Source: a virus
Reading direction: 5' to 3' (one strand)
Length of the DNA: 35,804 nt
Virus record (IMG/VR): IMGVR_UViG_3300009173_000003
The notes below the pieces were generated by a model, which saw nothing but the letters and a program-made list of their open reading frames with translations, was not told where the DNA came from and ran no database searches. Made by a program: the position numbers and the translations under genes. Of this stretch, positions 34,602 through 35,804 are shown piece after piece. Positions within the stretch are counted from its first letter, which is position 1, and the number at the start of each line of letters is the position of its first letter.

Positions 34602-35804
34602 CTATAAGTCTTCAACTTCCTCTGGTTTTTCTGCTTCTAAAATCAATACACCATCATCGTCTGTGATTGTACTGGCGTGATATGTCGGGTCATCTCTCTC
34701 AGCCACGACCATCCAACTAACTGTATCGGTGCTAGTCGTGTCCTTGCAACTGATAATCAGCGTTGAGCCTGACACCGATCCTTTCAGTGCTGACCACCCT
34801 GTATCATTCTGTAAAAATACCTGCGGATCACGACACAGGGCTTCCCAAGTGCCATCGCTCATACCAGCAGATTCATCTAGGTCCACGCTGGCAGTTCCAC
34901 CCGAAAGGGCTACAGAAGAACGATAAATTAAATCCGCACGGGGACCCTCAATACACGCATGGGTCAAGGTATGTGTATCTGCCATATCTGTGAGAGGATG
35001 ATCGATACGGAAAGACTTGGAGGCGGCGGCTATATCCCCACCTACAGTTACATCTTGTCCATCTATCATCAACGCATAGTCGGTGTGGAGTGTAGCATTG
35101 CCAGTTAAATAGAATTTCTCATCGACACCCCTGACTCCATGTTGCCAGAAAAACGTTCCGCCTTCGGAGTATTCAACCGTTGCTGTGGCACCCCCTGCGT
35201 TACCGAGTATCTGGATAGATGGATTTCCTGAATCTGATGCAAATTTGAAGTTGTCTGTCCCTTCAGTGGTAAAGCATATTGTATCTGCCGCAGATTCTCG
35301 CATATATGTATTACCACCACCATCTAGGTAAATCTTGTTTGTAGCTGGTATGGTAATATCAGCACCAGTAGTGACTGCTCCTGTAAGCAGAGATGTCCCA
35401 CTGACGTCCAAATTGGCATTCATATCCACTAGCGTGGTGTCTATTTGAACCTCTGGACCACGAAGGCTCATCACTGCACCCGCTGATCCATTAGTTATAA
35501 CATTGAGCAGCATCTCCCCATCTTCCGTGCCGTCTTCTACATCGTGGGATTTGGTGGTGATCTGTGCATAGGTAACTAGTTCGTCTGCATCGTTGCGTCC
35601 CTGAGAGTAGATTCTACCTAGTGTATCACCATCTGCTGGGTTGGCAGTGTCTCTGTCCAATAGTATAAGCGGTCCAGCACTAGCATCATCATCGGTGCAT
35701 TTCAACTGTAGGCCAGCAGAGTTGTCTGCCCTTGTTCCATAGATGGTATTATACACATCAAGATAGCCAGCGAGATTTACATTACCGTCAATGTCTACTG
35801 CGTC
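34602..35804 (-). CDS. Tail fibre protein, C-terminal part (same gene as 1-2754 across the circular junction)
   Basis: The frame is open from the right window edge to the TAG at 34602, 401 codons, of which the top 41 duplicate positions 1-123. The C-terminal region is ...FRIDHPLTDMADTHTLTHACIEGPRADLIYRSSVALSGG... This resembles conserved distal tail-fibre modules I have seen, though I cannot name the family. Confidence 0.85.
   Translation of the reverse strand, partial: DAVDIDGNVNLAGYLDVYNTIYGTRADNSAGLQLKCTDDDASAGPLILLDRDTANPADGDTLGRIYSQGRNDADELVTYAQITTKSHDVEDGTEDGEMLLNVITNGSAGAVMSLRGPEVQIDTTLVDMNANLDVSGTSLLTGAVTTGADITIPATNKIYLDGGGNTYMRESAADTICFTTEGTDNFKFASDSGNPSIQILGNAGGATATVEYSEGGTFFWQHGVRGVDEKFYLTGNATLHTDYALMIDGQDVTVGGDIAAASKSFRIDHPLTDMADTHTLTHACIEGPRADLIYRSSVALSGGTASVDLDESAGMSDGTWEALCRDPQVFLQNDTGWSALKGSVSGSTLIISCKDTTSTDTVSWMVVAERDDPTYHASTITDDDGVLILEAEKPEEVEDL
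35682..35804. repeat. Exact 123-bp terminal direct repeat (copy 2 of 2)
   Basis: Identical to 1-123. Confidence 0.95.

Overview
The window is a complete, circularly closed dsDNA phage genome of about 35.68 kb. Its first 123 nt recur exactly at the end (1-123 = 35682-35804). I support 42 protein genes. 39 are on the minus strand, very tightly packed, with many ATGA / TAATG / GTGA stop-start overlaps.

Reading the minus strand from the divergent control region at 22.6-22.9 kb, the modules are:
- Early/replication-recombination: Cro-like HTH, ERF annealase, winged-helix protein, an 88-aa protein with an SSB-type DDLPF tail, RusA, replication-organiser-like protein, ParB/DGQHR protein, PD-(D/E)XK nuclease, DnaB-like helicase.
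- An Sf6-gp1-like small terminase.
- A 6.4-kb island of small ORFs, repeat and structure elements, and two large uncharacterised proteins (533 and 922 aa).
- Morphogenesis: large terminase, portal, scaffold, SU10/DUF5309-type major capsid protein, adaptor.
- A 1277-aa tail fibre that crosses the circular junction and is missing from the ORF track.
- Tail/nozzle-like proteins, then three large presumed internal/ejection proteins (1132, 490, 608 aa).
- A holin - M15 endolysin - spanin-position lysis cassette.

A three-gene plus-strand cassette (22891-23806) is the only opposite-strand coding.

I found no tape measure, sheath, DNA or RNA polymerase, integrase, CI-type repressor, tRNA, CRISPR array or reverse transcriptase. 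This suggests a podovirus-like, probably non-integrating phage.

The items most worth follow-up are:
- the terS-terL island and its two large proteins;
- a GLL[QEND] short motif shared by those proteins and the putative ejection proteins;
- a 12-bp-phased TGTC repeat array;
- a four-operator divergent switch;
- the opposite-strand cassette;
- the repeat-mosaic 1132-aa protein.

All functional calls rest on motif recognition by eye and gene order. No database search was possible.
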